From an uncultured Verrucomicrobiae bacterium (GTDB taxonomy: Bacteria; Verrucomicrobiota; Verrucomicrobiia; Chthoniobacterales; JAFAMB01), in the NCBI GenBank assembly GCA_963762565.1, contig CAVXLD010000003.1, forward strand, positions 896,001-960,000: a DNA stretch of 64,000 nucleotides, written 5' to 3'. A program made the translations under genes and the position numbers. The notes under the pieces are model-generated. The model saw only the letters and a list, made by a program, of their open reading frames with translations, did not search any database and had not been told where the DNA came from. This document shows, piece after piece, positions 50,625-60,342 of the stretch (position 1 is the first letter of the stretch; each line of letters starts with the position of its first letter).

Positions 50625-51983
50625 TCACTTCTCACTTTTCACCTTCCCCTCGCCTGGCGCGTTCAATGAAACCCGCATGATAAGGGCTGCCGAGGGATGC
50701 GCGCCGGGCTTCAGGTTGCCGTGATAATCAATCACGTCCCAGCCAGAATTGGCAATGTAGTAAAAATCGTCACCTACGACGACGCCGTGCGTTGGGTCGC
50801 CCAGGCTGTCGGTTGAACGTTCGATTATCGTCTCAGCTATAATTTTCGTGAGAGCTGAGTCCAGTTGAAAAACAACAACGCGTTCGGGGGATGTGCCGTT
50901 TTGGACCGCGAGCAACTTCTGACCGTCTAGATACAGGCCATCAATACCATTGAGAGCAAAACGATCTTCAGTACTCAACCAGCGGACCTGTTTAGTACTA
51001 ACTTCCAGGACACCGATCCCGCGTAAATAATCAGGCACGAAAATTTTCTTTCCGTCCTCATAAGAGGCCGGCGTTTGGGGCGAAATAAAATCGCCCGCGT
51101 CCAGGCGTTCTAATCCCTCGTTGCTTTCCTTTACTCGGTAGACGCCGCCCCCGTCACCATCGCTGATGATCACGTCCCCGTCAGGCGCCAGCGTCATATC
51201 ACCTAGAGCGCTGCCGCGCGGTCCTTCAATCCGGTGCAAGAGCTTACCGGTTGTCAGGTCATAACAAAGCACTGCGGATCTACCCCAATCCGATTCCGAC
51301 ACGAACACAAAGCCCCGTAGCGCCACCTCAGTAGCCCATATGAGGTTTCGCTTGGGATCGATCTTGATGGCTAGTAGCGGCCAATCATCGGGCGCCTTGG
51401 CAAACTCGTTAATGGCGCCGTCGAAATCTGCCGAGATTATCTTCTTCCCGCGAACCGTCGTAATGAAGAACCGCTTTGTGTTCGCGTCGTAGTCTAAATC
51501 CTCTGGCAGCAAGGCCGGTTCCGACAAATGTAACGCGGTTCTACCCAGCGAAATCGCGACCCGGTTCTTTGCCATGCCATCCTGGACCTTTGCGAATTCG
51601 GGTTGTTTGCGAAGCAGAGCAAATTCGGATGACTCAGTCAGCAGATCTGTGGATTGGCCCATCTGAACAAACTTTTCCAGGTCGGAAAAGGCGCCAGCAA
51701 AGTCGCCGGTGTGTACTTTGGCTCGAACGAGCTCAAGGATTGAGTCCGGCGCTCCGTTCAGCAGTTCCACTAAATTCTTGGCGCCGGCCACGCTGCCAGA
51801 CCAATCGTGATTCTTGCGAGCGGTCTGCAATTTCCCCTGAATCGATCGAAAATCAGCAATCGCGGTGTCCGCGCGGGATGAGAGTGAAGACGTGATCAGG
51901 CAGAGGAAGAGCGCGTTCCGAAAATAGCAAATAAAGGAGTTCAAGGGGAATTGGGGCAACGGAGTGTTGAAGTATTGCAGCAA
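50625..51983 (-). CDS. Secreted SMP-30/gluconolactonase-like beta-propeller protein (start uncertain)
   Basis: PEDLDYD, ISPQTP, VPDYLRGI, GIDGL and VQNGTSPERV blades; signal-like segment near the N-terminus. Confidence 0.75.
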   Translation of the reverse strand: MLQYFNTPLPQFPLNSFICYFRNALFLCLITSSLSSRADTAIADFRSIQGKLQTARKNHDWSGSVAGAKNLVELLNGAPDSILELVRAKVHTGDFAGAFSDLEKFVQMGQSTDLLTESSEFALLRKQPEFAKVQDGMAKNRVAISLGRTALHLSEPALLPEDLDYDANTKRFFITTVRGKKIISADFDGAINEFAKAPDDWPLLAIKIDPKRNLIWATEVALRGFVFVSESDWGRSAVLCYDLTTGKLLHRIEGPRGSALGDMTLAPDGDVIISDGDGGGVYRVKESNEGLERLDAGDFISPQTPASYEDGKKIFVPDYLRGIGVLEVSTKQVRWLSTEDRFALNGIDGLYLDGQKLLAVQNGTSPERVVVFQLDSALTKIIAETIIERSTDSLGDPTHGVVVGDDFYYIANSGWDVIDYHGNLKPGAHPSAALIMRVSLNAPGEGKVKSEK

Positions 51984-52066
51984 TGCGGATCGAGCGTTCT
52001 ACGTGGTTACTCCGTTCTGTCTTACTGCTTACCGCTTACTGCTTACTGCTTACTGCCTCTCACCTT

Positions 52067-53053
52067 TCACCTTTCACTTTTCACCGTTCCGCCCCGCGCT
52101 CCCGCGCCGCCCTCCCGCGCAATTCTTCTTAACGCTTGCGGCGGATGGCCATAGGTTCGGACAACGGCCCGTCGCATACGCTCCGGATCACTGAACCCGA
52201 CTCTCTGAGCGATCGTTTCGATTGGTTCGTCGCTGTTCTCGATCCGGGTTTTAGCCGCTTCAGCTCGCAACCTTTCGATCGCTTTGCTCGGGGTTTGCCC
52301 GGTCTCCGCCAGGAACACTCGTCCGAACTGGCGCGGACTCAGCCCGGCCGCTTTCGCCAGTTGCTCAACCGAAGTCACCTTGGAAAGATGAGCGCGAACA
52401 TAACTCAACGCACGCTGAATCCGCTCGGAGCGTGCTTCCAGCTCGAGCAAGACTGAGAACTGCGATTGGCCGCCGGGCCGGCGATAATAGACCACGAGGT
52501 CTTGAGCAACGGTTTTTGCCATTTCTTGACCAAAATCTTCTTCGATCAACGCCAATGCCAGATCGATGCCGGCAGTCACACCTGCCGAAGTCCAGATCGA
52601 ACCTTGTTTCACAAAGATCCGGTCGCCCTCGACGCGAATGCCCGGATATTTTCTTTGTAAAAGAGCGGCCACCCGCCAGTGGGTTGTGACTCGCAGCCCG
52701 CTTAACAACCCTGCTGCTGCCAGGATAAATGTTCCTGAACAAACACTGGTCACGCGCCTACAGTTCTTCGCCGCGTTCTGTACAAATCTTTTTAGTCCCG
52801 GTGAGCGCCCTGCCTCACGGGTTCCTAGTCCCCCGACCGTAATCAGAGTATCAAACCGCCATGAACCGATCTTTTCGGTAGCGACCACTAATCCCGATGA
52901 GCTTTTCACGGGTCCGCCTGACTCGGATAGCACATGAAGTTGATATGGCTTCGGCGTCACCCGTCGGCCCGGCATTTCGAATGCCGCTAACGGCCCGGTC
53001 AGATCCAGGATTTGAAACTCCGGGAACACCAAAAAACCAACTTTGCGGGTCAT
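52067..53053 (-). CDS. GlxA-family AraC regulator with DJ-1/PfpI domain
   Basis: FQILDLTGP, SVCSG, TTHW, TSAGVTAGIDL, RRPGGQSQFS and an AraC HTH. Confidence 0.95.
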   Translation of the reverse strand: MTRKVGFLVFPEFQILDLTGPLAAFEMPGRRVTPKPYQLHVLSESGGPVKSSSGLVVATEKIGSWRFDTLITVGGLGTREAGRSPGLKRFVQNAAKNCRRVTSVCSGTFILAAAGLLSGLRVTTHWRVAALLQRKYPGIRVEGDRIFVKQGSIWTSAGVTAGIDLALALIEEDFGQEMAKTVAQDLVVYYRRPGGQSQFSVLLELEARSERIQRALSYVRAHLSKVTSVEQLAKAAGLSPRQFGRVFLAETGQTPSKAIERLRAEAAKTRIENSDEPIETIAQRVGFSDPERMRRAVVRTYGHPPQALRRIAREGGAGARGGTVKSER

Positions 53054-53112
53054 GACGTTAAATGAGGGATCTATGTCCTTTCAGACAAACTACTCTTTGC
53101 CTTGTTAGAGCG

Positions 53113-53811
53113 ATGTCAAATTTTAGTCCGTTAACCATTGTATTCCCCATTTACCCCGGTGTTACCCAACTCGATTTCACCGGTCCACATCAGTTCTTTT
53201 CCCGATTACCGGGTGTAAAGCCGGTAGTGGCTTCGATCGAAGGTAAATCGATCGTCGGCGATGGCCTGACCTTTTCCGACCTAGTCTCGCTGGAACAGAT
53301 TGATCGGTGTGATGTGCTATGCGTTCCCGGCGGGTTCGGTTGCACGGATGCGATCCAGGACCCGCGATATCTATCCGCTATCCAGTTGTTGGCAGAGAAC
53401 GCCCGCTACATCACCTCAGTTTGCACCGGTTCCTTGATACTCGGCGCCGCCGGTCTATTGGAAGGAAAACGGGCAGCGTGCCATTGGGCTTGGCGCGAAT
53501 TTTTGCCTCTCTTCGGCGCTATCCCTGACCTTGGCCGGGTAGTTCGGGACGATAACACCATCACCGGCGGCGGAGTCACCGCCGGGATCGATTTCGCTTT
53601 AACCGTAGCCGCCGAGCTCACCGATCCCACTATTGCTCAATCCGTACAGTTAGGACTGGAGTACGCACCTGCCCCACCCTTTGACGCTGGTACTCCCGAT
53701 GGCGCCCCGGCCGATGTCCTGGCTCGAGTTCGCAGCCTCATGGGAAAAGCCGCGGTCAAACGCCGGGCAGCTCTTGAGCAAGTCGCGGAACGCTTCGCGA
53801 ATAGCCAATAG
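53113..53811 (+). CDS. DJ-1/PfpI family protein (isonitrile hydratase-like)
   Basis: TQLDFTGP, VPGG, TSVCTG, GGGVTAGIDF, LEYAPAPPF; divergent from the GlxA regulator. Confidence 0.93.
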   Translation: MSNFSPLTIVFPIYPGVTQLDFTGPHQFFSRLPGVKPVVASIEGKSIVGDGLTFSDLVSLEQIDRCDVLCVPGGFGCTDAIQDPRYLSAIQLLAENARYITSVCTGSLILGAAGLLEGKRAACHWAWREFLPLFGAIPDLGRVVRDDNTITGGGVTAGIDFALTVAAELTDPTIAQSVQLGLEYAPAPPFDAGTPDGAPADVLARVRSLMGKAAVKRRAALEQVAERFANSQ

Positions 53812-54067
53812 CCAATAGCCAATAGCCAAAACGCGAAGCGAATGATCCGGCGGCGGCCGGAACAGATAACAAATGACAAATGGGCGGTTGGAAGAAGGGC
53901 GAAGCGCTGCAGCAGCGAAGCGGCGTCGGCAGGGAGGGCGCGCGTCCCGGCGCGCTGTCCGTCGGATTTTGCCGCGAAGCGGCTATACAGAACAGCGCGA
54001 AGCGCGTCCTCAAGGCACCAATTTGCCCTCGATTAATTAATCGTGGTTTGAGAGGATTCCGCCTAGT

Positions 54068-54373
54068 ATGCGAATGCTCCTCAATGTCACCATCCCCCAC
54101 GAACCATTTAATTCATTTGTAAGAGACGGCACCGCCGGACAGAAAATCGGTCGCGTTCTCGACGAGATCAAACCGGAGGCAACTTATTTTACGGAGCAAG
54201 GTGGCCGCCGCGGCGCCATTGTAATCGTAGACCTGCCGGATCCATCCAAGGTTCCCAGCCTAGCCGAACCTTTTTTCCTGACTTTCAACGCTGATGTCGA
54301 GTTCAGGGTCGTTATGAGTCCGGCCGACCTTCAGAACGCCGGTCTCGACGAAATGGGAAAGAAATGGAGCTGA
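54068..54373 (+). CDS. Conserved small hypothetical protein (ferredoxin-like fold suspected)
   Basis: KPEATYFTEQGGRRG...LAEPFFLTFNADVEFRVVMSP; clean ORF between repeats. Confidence 0.8.
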   Translation: MRMLLNVTIPHEPFNSFVRDGTAGQKIGRVLDEIKPEATYFTEQGGRRGAIVIVDLPDPSKVPSLAEPFFLTFNADVEFRVVMSPADLQNAGLDEMGKKWS

Positions 54374-54598
54374 CGCTTCGCGTATAGCCAATAGCCGATA
54401 GCCAAAGCGCGAAGCGAATGACAGATTACAGATAGCAAATTAGGGACGGTCGCACCTCTCACAGGGCGGGTGGCGGCGGCCTTTCCACGACTCACCCGTT
54501 CGACGCGCTTGCAGCTTGCCTGTGTCGAGCTTGCTAGACGCTCAGGGCGGGCCTTCTCACTTCTCACTTCTCACTTCTCACCTCTCACGCGAATCAAG

Positions 54599-55492
54599 CT
54601 AGTCCACCCAGAACCGATTCGTGTGGAAGTCGAGCGTTACGCTTCGACCGTTAAAGAGCGCCTGGCCGACGGTGCCATCGAACATCCCGTCCGGTTGATG
54701 TACTTTTTCGGTCGCGAAATAGAGCGGCGCGTCACTCATGAGGTCCTTGTTCGCAAAAGATTCTCCCTTGGCTTTGCCTTCGACCATGTCGACACCGCCG
54801 TCGGTAAAGGGAAACTTTTGGATTTTGGTCGAACCTGCTTCGGTTTTGAGGCCGAGTTTGTCGACCGAAGTGGAGTAAATCAACATAGTCCCGGTGAACA
54901 GGGTATCGATTTGTATCGTGACAGGTTGCCCGTTCACTAGAAATCCGGTGGCGGTAACGATGGCCGGACCTCGATGTCCGAAGGTAGGAAAGCTTAATGT
55001 GCCGGCAGTCTCAGGCGGAGTAACTTCGGCTCCGGCCTCAGAAAGCTGAAGCTTGTGATGGAGGTAATCGATTGTGACGACGCGATCTTTAAGAGCAGTA
55101 TAACAAATGGTGCCTGCCGCTGCCGGGAAGGTTCCCTGATCGATCGCTTTTTGGAGATCAACGACCAGAAAGGTCAGATGCGTAAGCCCTAAGGCGCCCA
55201 GTGCGGCATTCTCAACAGTGGTCGTGAAATAGTCTGGGATCACCTTGCCGTCCCGGGTCTTGTAAGGCTCGACGCTTAACCCCAAACTCTTCGCATCGTT
55301 CAAATTCAAGATCGATACCGCGTTGCCGGTATCAAGAAGAAGCTTTACCGGCTTGCTGGTCCCGATTTGGACGGTTACGCCCGGTAGACCGGAACAATCG
55401 ATCAGATCGACTTGGGTTGCGGCGCCGGCGGCGGTAGACCCCAGAGCTATCGCTGCCAAACCAAGCGCAATTCTAGTTAGTCTTTCTCGCAT
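54599..55492 (-). CDS. Secreted two-lobe retropepsin-like aspartyl protease family protein
   Basis: LLLDTG and IQIDTL motifs, AGTI and DGTVG, TLDF; signal peptide. Confidence 0.75.
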   Translation of the reverse strand: MRERLTRIALGLAAIALGSTAAGAATQVDLIDCSGLPGVTVQIGTSKPVKLLLDTGNAVSILNLNDAKSLGLSVEPYKTRDGKVIPDYFTTTVENAALGALGLTHLTFLVVDLQKAIDQGTFPAAAGTICYTALKDRVVTIDYLHHKLQLSEAGAEVTPPETAGTLSFPTFGHRGPAIVTATGFLVNGQPVTIQIDTLFTGTMLIYSTSVDKLGLKTEAGSTKIQKFPFTDGGVDMVEGKAKGESFANKDLMSDAPLYFATEKVHQPDGMFDGTVGQALFNGRSVTLDFHTNRFWVD

Positions 55493-55800
55493 GCGGCCCT
55501 TACTAAAGCAGGGGATAAGAAAGTTCAATAGAGAGAAGGAGCTGGGAGGCGCGTGTGGGCGTGTCGGCGTGCTTTTTCGTGCTTCCGCCTTCGCAAAGCC
55601 TACGGCGCGACAGGCCGTGCTCGAAGTTTGTTATGAGTCGGAGTAAATAGGCTCCGCGTACCATGGTCGACCGATTCAACAAATGCACATCAGCGGCCTG
55701 AGGACGGGCTTTCAAAGAAGATTCGGTCGTTGTGGCCTTCGTGTTAATTTTCTGTTCTCTTTCGATGAAACTTTCAAACCAGCAGTCGGGATAGCTTGAT

Positions 55801-56418
55801 ATGCACGCGATGTTATCGTGGACGAACAATGAGCCGGGTCTCTCGAATCGGCTGAAGAGAAAGTTTCTATTACCGCTTCTTTTGGCGACGACTGTTGTCC
55901 TTCCCAGCCTGGCCAGATGCGAGCAAACGGACGACGAACTCATTGTTCCTGGTAAACGGATCGGCGAGTGGCGCCTGGGCGCGAATGCCCAAAATCCGGA
56001 GCCGACCCTGGCTCTGCCGGACTGGTCGATTTACATCCGCTTCAAACATAGACCCGGCGTACGAGCCAGGCTTCGTCCAACCACAATCGCAGTACATAAA
56101 GTGAGCAACCGTTCCCTTGGAGTTGAACCAGCGGACGGATTTACCGTGGATCTGATCTACGTTGATGGCGGCGCTTATCATACTGCCAACGGCTACACCA
56201 TCTATTCTGACCAGGAACTTGGGCGCTTGTATCCGCAAGCAACGCCGTCATCAGAGAACCCAAAAATCTATGACGATAAGAAGCAAGGCATCGCGTTCGA
56301 GTTTGGCGCTGATGCCTTCGCTAAATCTTGTGTTGGGATAATGGTGCATCTCCCCGGAAAACCGGCTTTTGCGACTCTGGATCAAGTGATGGAATTCCGT
56401 AAGAAGGCCGGGTATTAG
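55801..56418 (+). CDS. Secreted hypothetical protein
   Basis: h-region FLLPLLLATTVVLPSLA, then LIVPGKRIG...YDDKKQGIAFEF. Confidence 0.65.
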   Translation: MHAMLSWTNNEPGLSNRLKRKFLLPLLLATTVVLPSLARCEQTDDELIVPGKRIGEWRLGANAQNPEPTLALPDWSIYIRFKHRPGVRARLRPTTIAVHKVSNRSLGVEPADGFTVDLIYVDGGAYHTANGYTIYSDQELGRLYPQATPSSENPKIYDDKKQGIAFEFGADAFAKSCVGIMVHLPGKPAFATLDQVMEFRKKAGY

Positions 56419-56473
56419 GGTTCGCAGTTCGCGGTTTGCGGTTCGCCGTTCAGCGGAGTCGAAGCGGTTCGCG

Positions 56474-56908
56474 CTACTTTCGTAGCGGAACCAGCGCGGA
56501 AAGTCTCGGTTCACGCAGGTAAAGTCCCACCCAGAGCAGCATCGCAAAGTAGACCGGGGACAGGACATGGGAGAAGAATGGGTCGCCATGCCGTAAGTGT
56601 GAGGCGACGGCCCCTCCCAGGTACCCGGTCAATAATATCGCTCCGAATACAGACGTCTGTGGGATGATATATAGAATGACACAAATCAATACGACGATCC
56701 CAAGGCCGAAAATAACATCTTCCGGATAACCGAGCTCAACCGTCGCTTTCACCACAAAGTCCGGTTTCATTATTTTCATGATACCGTCCATGAGCAGAAA
56801 GAGCGCAGGTAACGCGCTGAGAATTCTACCAGTCCAAAGTCTTCCTTTGGAGACAGAGCGTGGAGATGTTGGATCTTTAACTAACAAACTATCATTTGCT
56901 GAATTCAT
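56474..56908 (-). CDS. DoxX family membrane protein
   Basis: WTGRILS...LFLLMDGIMK...LGYP...GAILLTGYLGGAVASH. Confidence 0.92.
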   Translation of the reverse strand: MNSANDSLLVKDPTSPRSVSKGRLWTGRILSALPALFLLMDGIMKIMKPDFVVKATVELGYPEDVIFGLGIVVLICVILYIIPQTSVFGAILLTGYLGGAVASHLRHGDPFFSHVLSPVYFAMLLWVGLYLREPRLSALVPLRK

Positions 56909-56943
56909 TGTTCTAGTTGGCGTGTGATGATTTTCACACATAC

Positions 56944-56970
56944 AACGAACGAAACAGGCCGTTGAGGACA
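56944..56970 (-). promoter_or_regulatory. Putative ECF-sigma promoter (TGTCC-N14-CGTTCGTT)
   Basis: Matches 334-360. Confidence 0.55.
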
Positions 56971-57163
56971 GCGTTTGCTTGTCTTCGAGTTTGATTTTTT
57001 TACTAGCCCTGGTTCACCATTCCCGGCGGGGAACTTGCCAGGCTCGATTGCGACCACCTCAGAATAGAAGAAAGAATGCTCCTTAAGTACCTTTAACCTG
57101 CTACGCGAGTGCTTTTTCGGACTTGGGGCAGTACTCCAAAACTCCCGCACTCCATTACTCTGA

Positions 57164-57470
57164 CGTGGCTTCGAAAATGTGGACAGGTATCGGATCCGGT
57201 TTTGTCCCGAAGGGACTTTACGATGGTAGCCAGGCATGAAATGCCTGGGAACGCATCCCAGGCGACCCGTCCCGGAGGGTACGGTATGATCGCTCGGCGA
57301 GGCTCTACTATTGTCTTAGCCGTGGACAAAACCTGCCCCTCGGATCATACCGTTCCCTTCGGGACGGACCTGTTTGCCGATTACCCAGGCATTTCATGCC
57401 TGGCTACCTTCATTTAGTCCCTCCGGGCCAATAACCTGACACCTGTCCACGTTTTTGACTCCACATCGCT
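57164..57470. repeat. Long multi-arm palindromic element (GTCCCGGAGGGAC / CCAGGCATGAAATGCCTGG type) within an outer IR pair
   Basis: gtagccaggcatgaaatgcctggg pairs with cccaggcatttcatgcctggctac; cggtatgatc/gatcataccg; outer gtggacaggt/acctgtccac. Confidence 0.8.
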
Positions 57471-57637
57471 TCGCGTGGCCGGATTCGACGACAGCGACTC
57501 GACTGAGCTCGCCGAAGTCCTGTCCGACGAAGCCTATGCTCTATGTTGCCAACCGCTCGAAGTCGGCCTCGCAAGCGAGGCGCGCTCCACAACTAGGGAG
57601 CTGGCGAAGTAGGAAGGACGAGAACGAAGCTCCTGTC

Positions 57638-59239
57638 TTATTCAACTGCAAAGATACCAAACGAGACAGGGGCCATCTCTAAGCGGCCATTATGGAGAAC
57701 CGTGCGCTCGGTCAGCAATGGACGCAGCGTACCAAGTTCAATCTTTTCTTCCAAATCAGCCGCACAAGCTCGTGCTGCTGGATTAATCGCGACCACTATG
57801 CGCTCGTCGGTCCCCTCACGCAGGTAAACAAATGGGTACCGATTTTCCTCCCCATACAGGGCCCGAAAGGGCGCCGGGTTGGCAAGCGCAGGATGCTCAC
57901 GACGCAGTTTCAGCAATGCGCGGGTAAAATTCAGCAGGGATCCGGGATCGTTTTCCTGAGTTGCAGCATCCGGCCGAGAGTCGGATGGATCGATCGGCAG
58001 ATAAAGCTTTTCCGCGGGTGCAGTTGAAAAGCCGGCGTTCCTTTCCTTAGACCACTGCATCGGGGTCCGTGAACCGCAACGCTGGATATTATCGAGTAAA
58101 CCCCCTTCTTTGTTTGGCGAATCAGGCAAAAACTTCATGCCAATCTCGTCGCCGTAGTAGATGCAAGGTACGCCGGGCATGGTTAGCAACATGGCAAAGA
58201 TAGTGCGCACTTGCTGTGTATCTCGTCCCCAGGTTGCTCGCGGCATATCGTGATTGCCCGTCGGAAGTGAAATATAACCGTGAGATTTACTCGCGATGTA
58301 ATGCTTAAGATAATTACCCAGAAAGGCCTGAATGTTGCCTCCCCCAGCCCGTTCGAAAAAAGCCGCCGGCTTGCGTCCGTCTCCTTCCACCTGCGATTTG
58401 GGGCCAAGGAGGAACGCATAAGCGGGCTCGCCAAACTGCAGCAGAAAGTCGATATGAAACCCGGCTGGAACCGAAATGGCAGGATTACTCCATTCAGAAA
58501 TTAGGACCGCTTCCGGATGCTCCTGGTCGAGCCAACCGCGATAATAATTCCAAAGTGCGGTGATTGCCTGATGGTCCGGGTCGTTGCGAATCAGCGAGGC
58601 TGCCAGATCGACTCGAAAACCGTCGGCGCCCGCATCCAACCAGAATTTCATGATGTTTTTGAGCTCCTCGCGCACACTGATACAGGCAGGATCTGTAGTG
58701 GAAAGTTGCCAAGGCGCCTTTGGATTGGCGTACCCGTAGTTGAGCGCCGGTTGGAAATGAAAAAAATTCGGTAGATACCGCTCGGGCCGGCGATCTTGCC
58801 CGGGATAGGGTTGGGAGCCGGTAACATTCTCCCCAGGCGGCGTCCAGATATACCAGTTTGAGTATCGATTAGGCCAGTCGAGCGCAGACTCTTGGAACCA
58901 ATGACTCAGCACGGAGGTATGGCCGGCGACCAAGTCGAGACAGACCCGAAGGCCGCGCTGATGAGCCTCGGCACAAAGCTTCTTGAAATCCTCGTTTGTG
59001 CCATATCGGGGAGCGACCCTGTAAAAATCGGCAATATCATAGCCGGCATCACCAAACGGGGACTCGAAGATCGGGTTCAACCAAACGGTGTTACAACCGA
59101 TAGAACGGATGTAATCGAGCTTTTGGGTGATACCGGGCAAATCGCCGATGCCGTCGCCATTAGAATCGTAAAAGCTTTGAGGATAGACTTGATAGAATAC
59201 AGCGGTTTGAAGCCAGCTTGGTCCGGGTGGAACTGCCAT
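57638..59239 (-). CDS. GH13 alpha-amylase family hydrolase (alpha-glucosidase/trehalose synthase-like)
   Basis: FYQVYPQSFYDSNGDGIGD, GFRVDLA, ISEW, NHD, YYGDEIGM, RTPMQW. Confidence 0.95.
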   Translation of the reverse strand: MAVPPGPSWLQTAVFYQVYPQSFYDSNGDGIGDLPGITQKLDYIRSIGCNTVWLNPIFESPFGDAGYDIADFYRVAPRYGTNEDFKKLCAEAHQRGLRVCLDLVAGHTSVLSHWFQESALDWPNRYSNWYIWTPPGENVTGSQPYPGQDRRPERYLPNFFHFQPALNYGYANPKAPWQLSTTDPACISVREELKNIMKFWLDAGADGFRVDLAASLIRNDPDHQAITALWNYYRGWLDQEHPEAVLISEWSNPAISVPAGFHIDFLLQFGEPAYAFLLGPKSQVEGDGRKPAAFFERAGGGNIQAFLGNYLKHYIASKSHGYISLPTGNHDMPRATWGRDTQQVRTIFAMLLTMPGVPCIYYGDEIGMKFLPDSPNKEGGLLDNIQRCGSRTPMQWSKERNAGFSTAPAEKLYLPIDPSDSRPDAATQENDPGSLLNFTRALLKLRREHPALANPAPFRALYGEENRYPFVYLREGTDERIVVAINPAARACAADLEEKIELGTLRPLLTERTVLHNGRLEMAPVSFGIFAVE

Positions 59240-59513
59240 AAAAGTCGGTAAATCTCACGCAAAGACCCAATGCCCGCAACGCTTCGCGTAGCGATGCGGG
59301 CGCGGCGCCAAGACGCAAAGATCGGAAATTGAACAGAACAACACAGCGCGGCATAGACCACACCGAACACAAGGAATTTCCACGAGAGACAGCAAAGGAA
59401 AATTTCACAGCAAAGGTCGCAAAGACGGATTTTCAGGCTCACATCTCGTGCGGGATCCGCGATCGGCTATTGGCTATTGGCTATTCGCGAACGAGCTTCA
59501 GGCGAGTTCGCGC

Positions 59514-60086
59514 ATGCCGTCCTACACAACAACCCGCGTCATTGAAGGTGTCCGTAGTCATTCTCCGGTGCCTGACTCGACCGCGGGGCTGAAGCCGGCG
59601 GCGGTAATCGTCCCGATTCAAGATGTAGGTGGAGAGCATTATCTAACCCTGATTGAGCGTGCGGCAACGCCTGGCCCTCATGCCGGAGAGATCGCATTTC
59701 CGGGCGGAAACATAAAGGGTGAAGATCAAGACGCTTTAGACGCGGCTTTGCGAGAACTCGAAGAGGAGATTGGAGTTGGTCGCGAAAACGTACAGATCAT
59801 TGGGCAACTCGACCAAGTCGTCGTCGCGTTCCGATACCTGGTCACACCGTTTGTTGGGATGTTGATGTCCCCTGTCAAGTTCAGGCCTAACGTAAAAGAA
59901 GTCAGCGCGGTTCTTTCCGTACCGGTATCAGCTCTGCTCGAGCATGATTGTTTCACCGCTGTGCCCAGAACAGACGGAAAGCAGGGTTTTATCTATCATT
60001 ATCGTTATCAATCCTTCGATATCTGGGGGGCCACTGCGAGAATTCTTAAGCAGCTACTGGAGCTGGGGTACGGCCAGCGCTATTAG
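59514..60086 (+). CDS. Nudix CoA pyrophosphatase (NudL-like)
   Basis: HAGEIAFPGG...ALRELEEEIG, VTPFVG, IWGATARIL. Confidence 0.9.
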   Translation: MPSYTTTRVIEGVRSHSPVPDSTAGLKPAAVIVPIQDVGGEHYLTLIERAATPGPHAGEIAFPGGNIKGEDQDALDAALRELEEEIGVGRENVQIIGQLDQVVVAFRYLVTPFVGMLMSPVKFRPNVKEVSAVLSVPVSALLEHDCFTAVPRTDGKQGFIYHYRYQSFDIWGATARILKQLLELGYGQRY

Positions 60087-60342
60087 CGCGCCGGCCGATT
60101 AACTGATAGCAAGGGAATGACAGATGACAAATGACAGATTACAAAAGGCCGCGCGCTCCCGTCTCCCGCCTCTCACCTCTCACTTCTCACGTCTCACCTC
60201 CCAGTGAGTCCCAGAATGAGAAAGGCGAATATCAATTTGAGACGATAATTTACGTCGGTCCCCGGTTTCCCCTGCGAAAACCGCGGCAAGATAGAGTTCA
60301 ACTGCCTTTGGCATAATTTGTGCACCTCGGACCACGAGTTCC

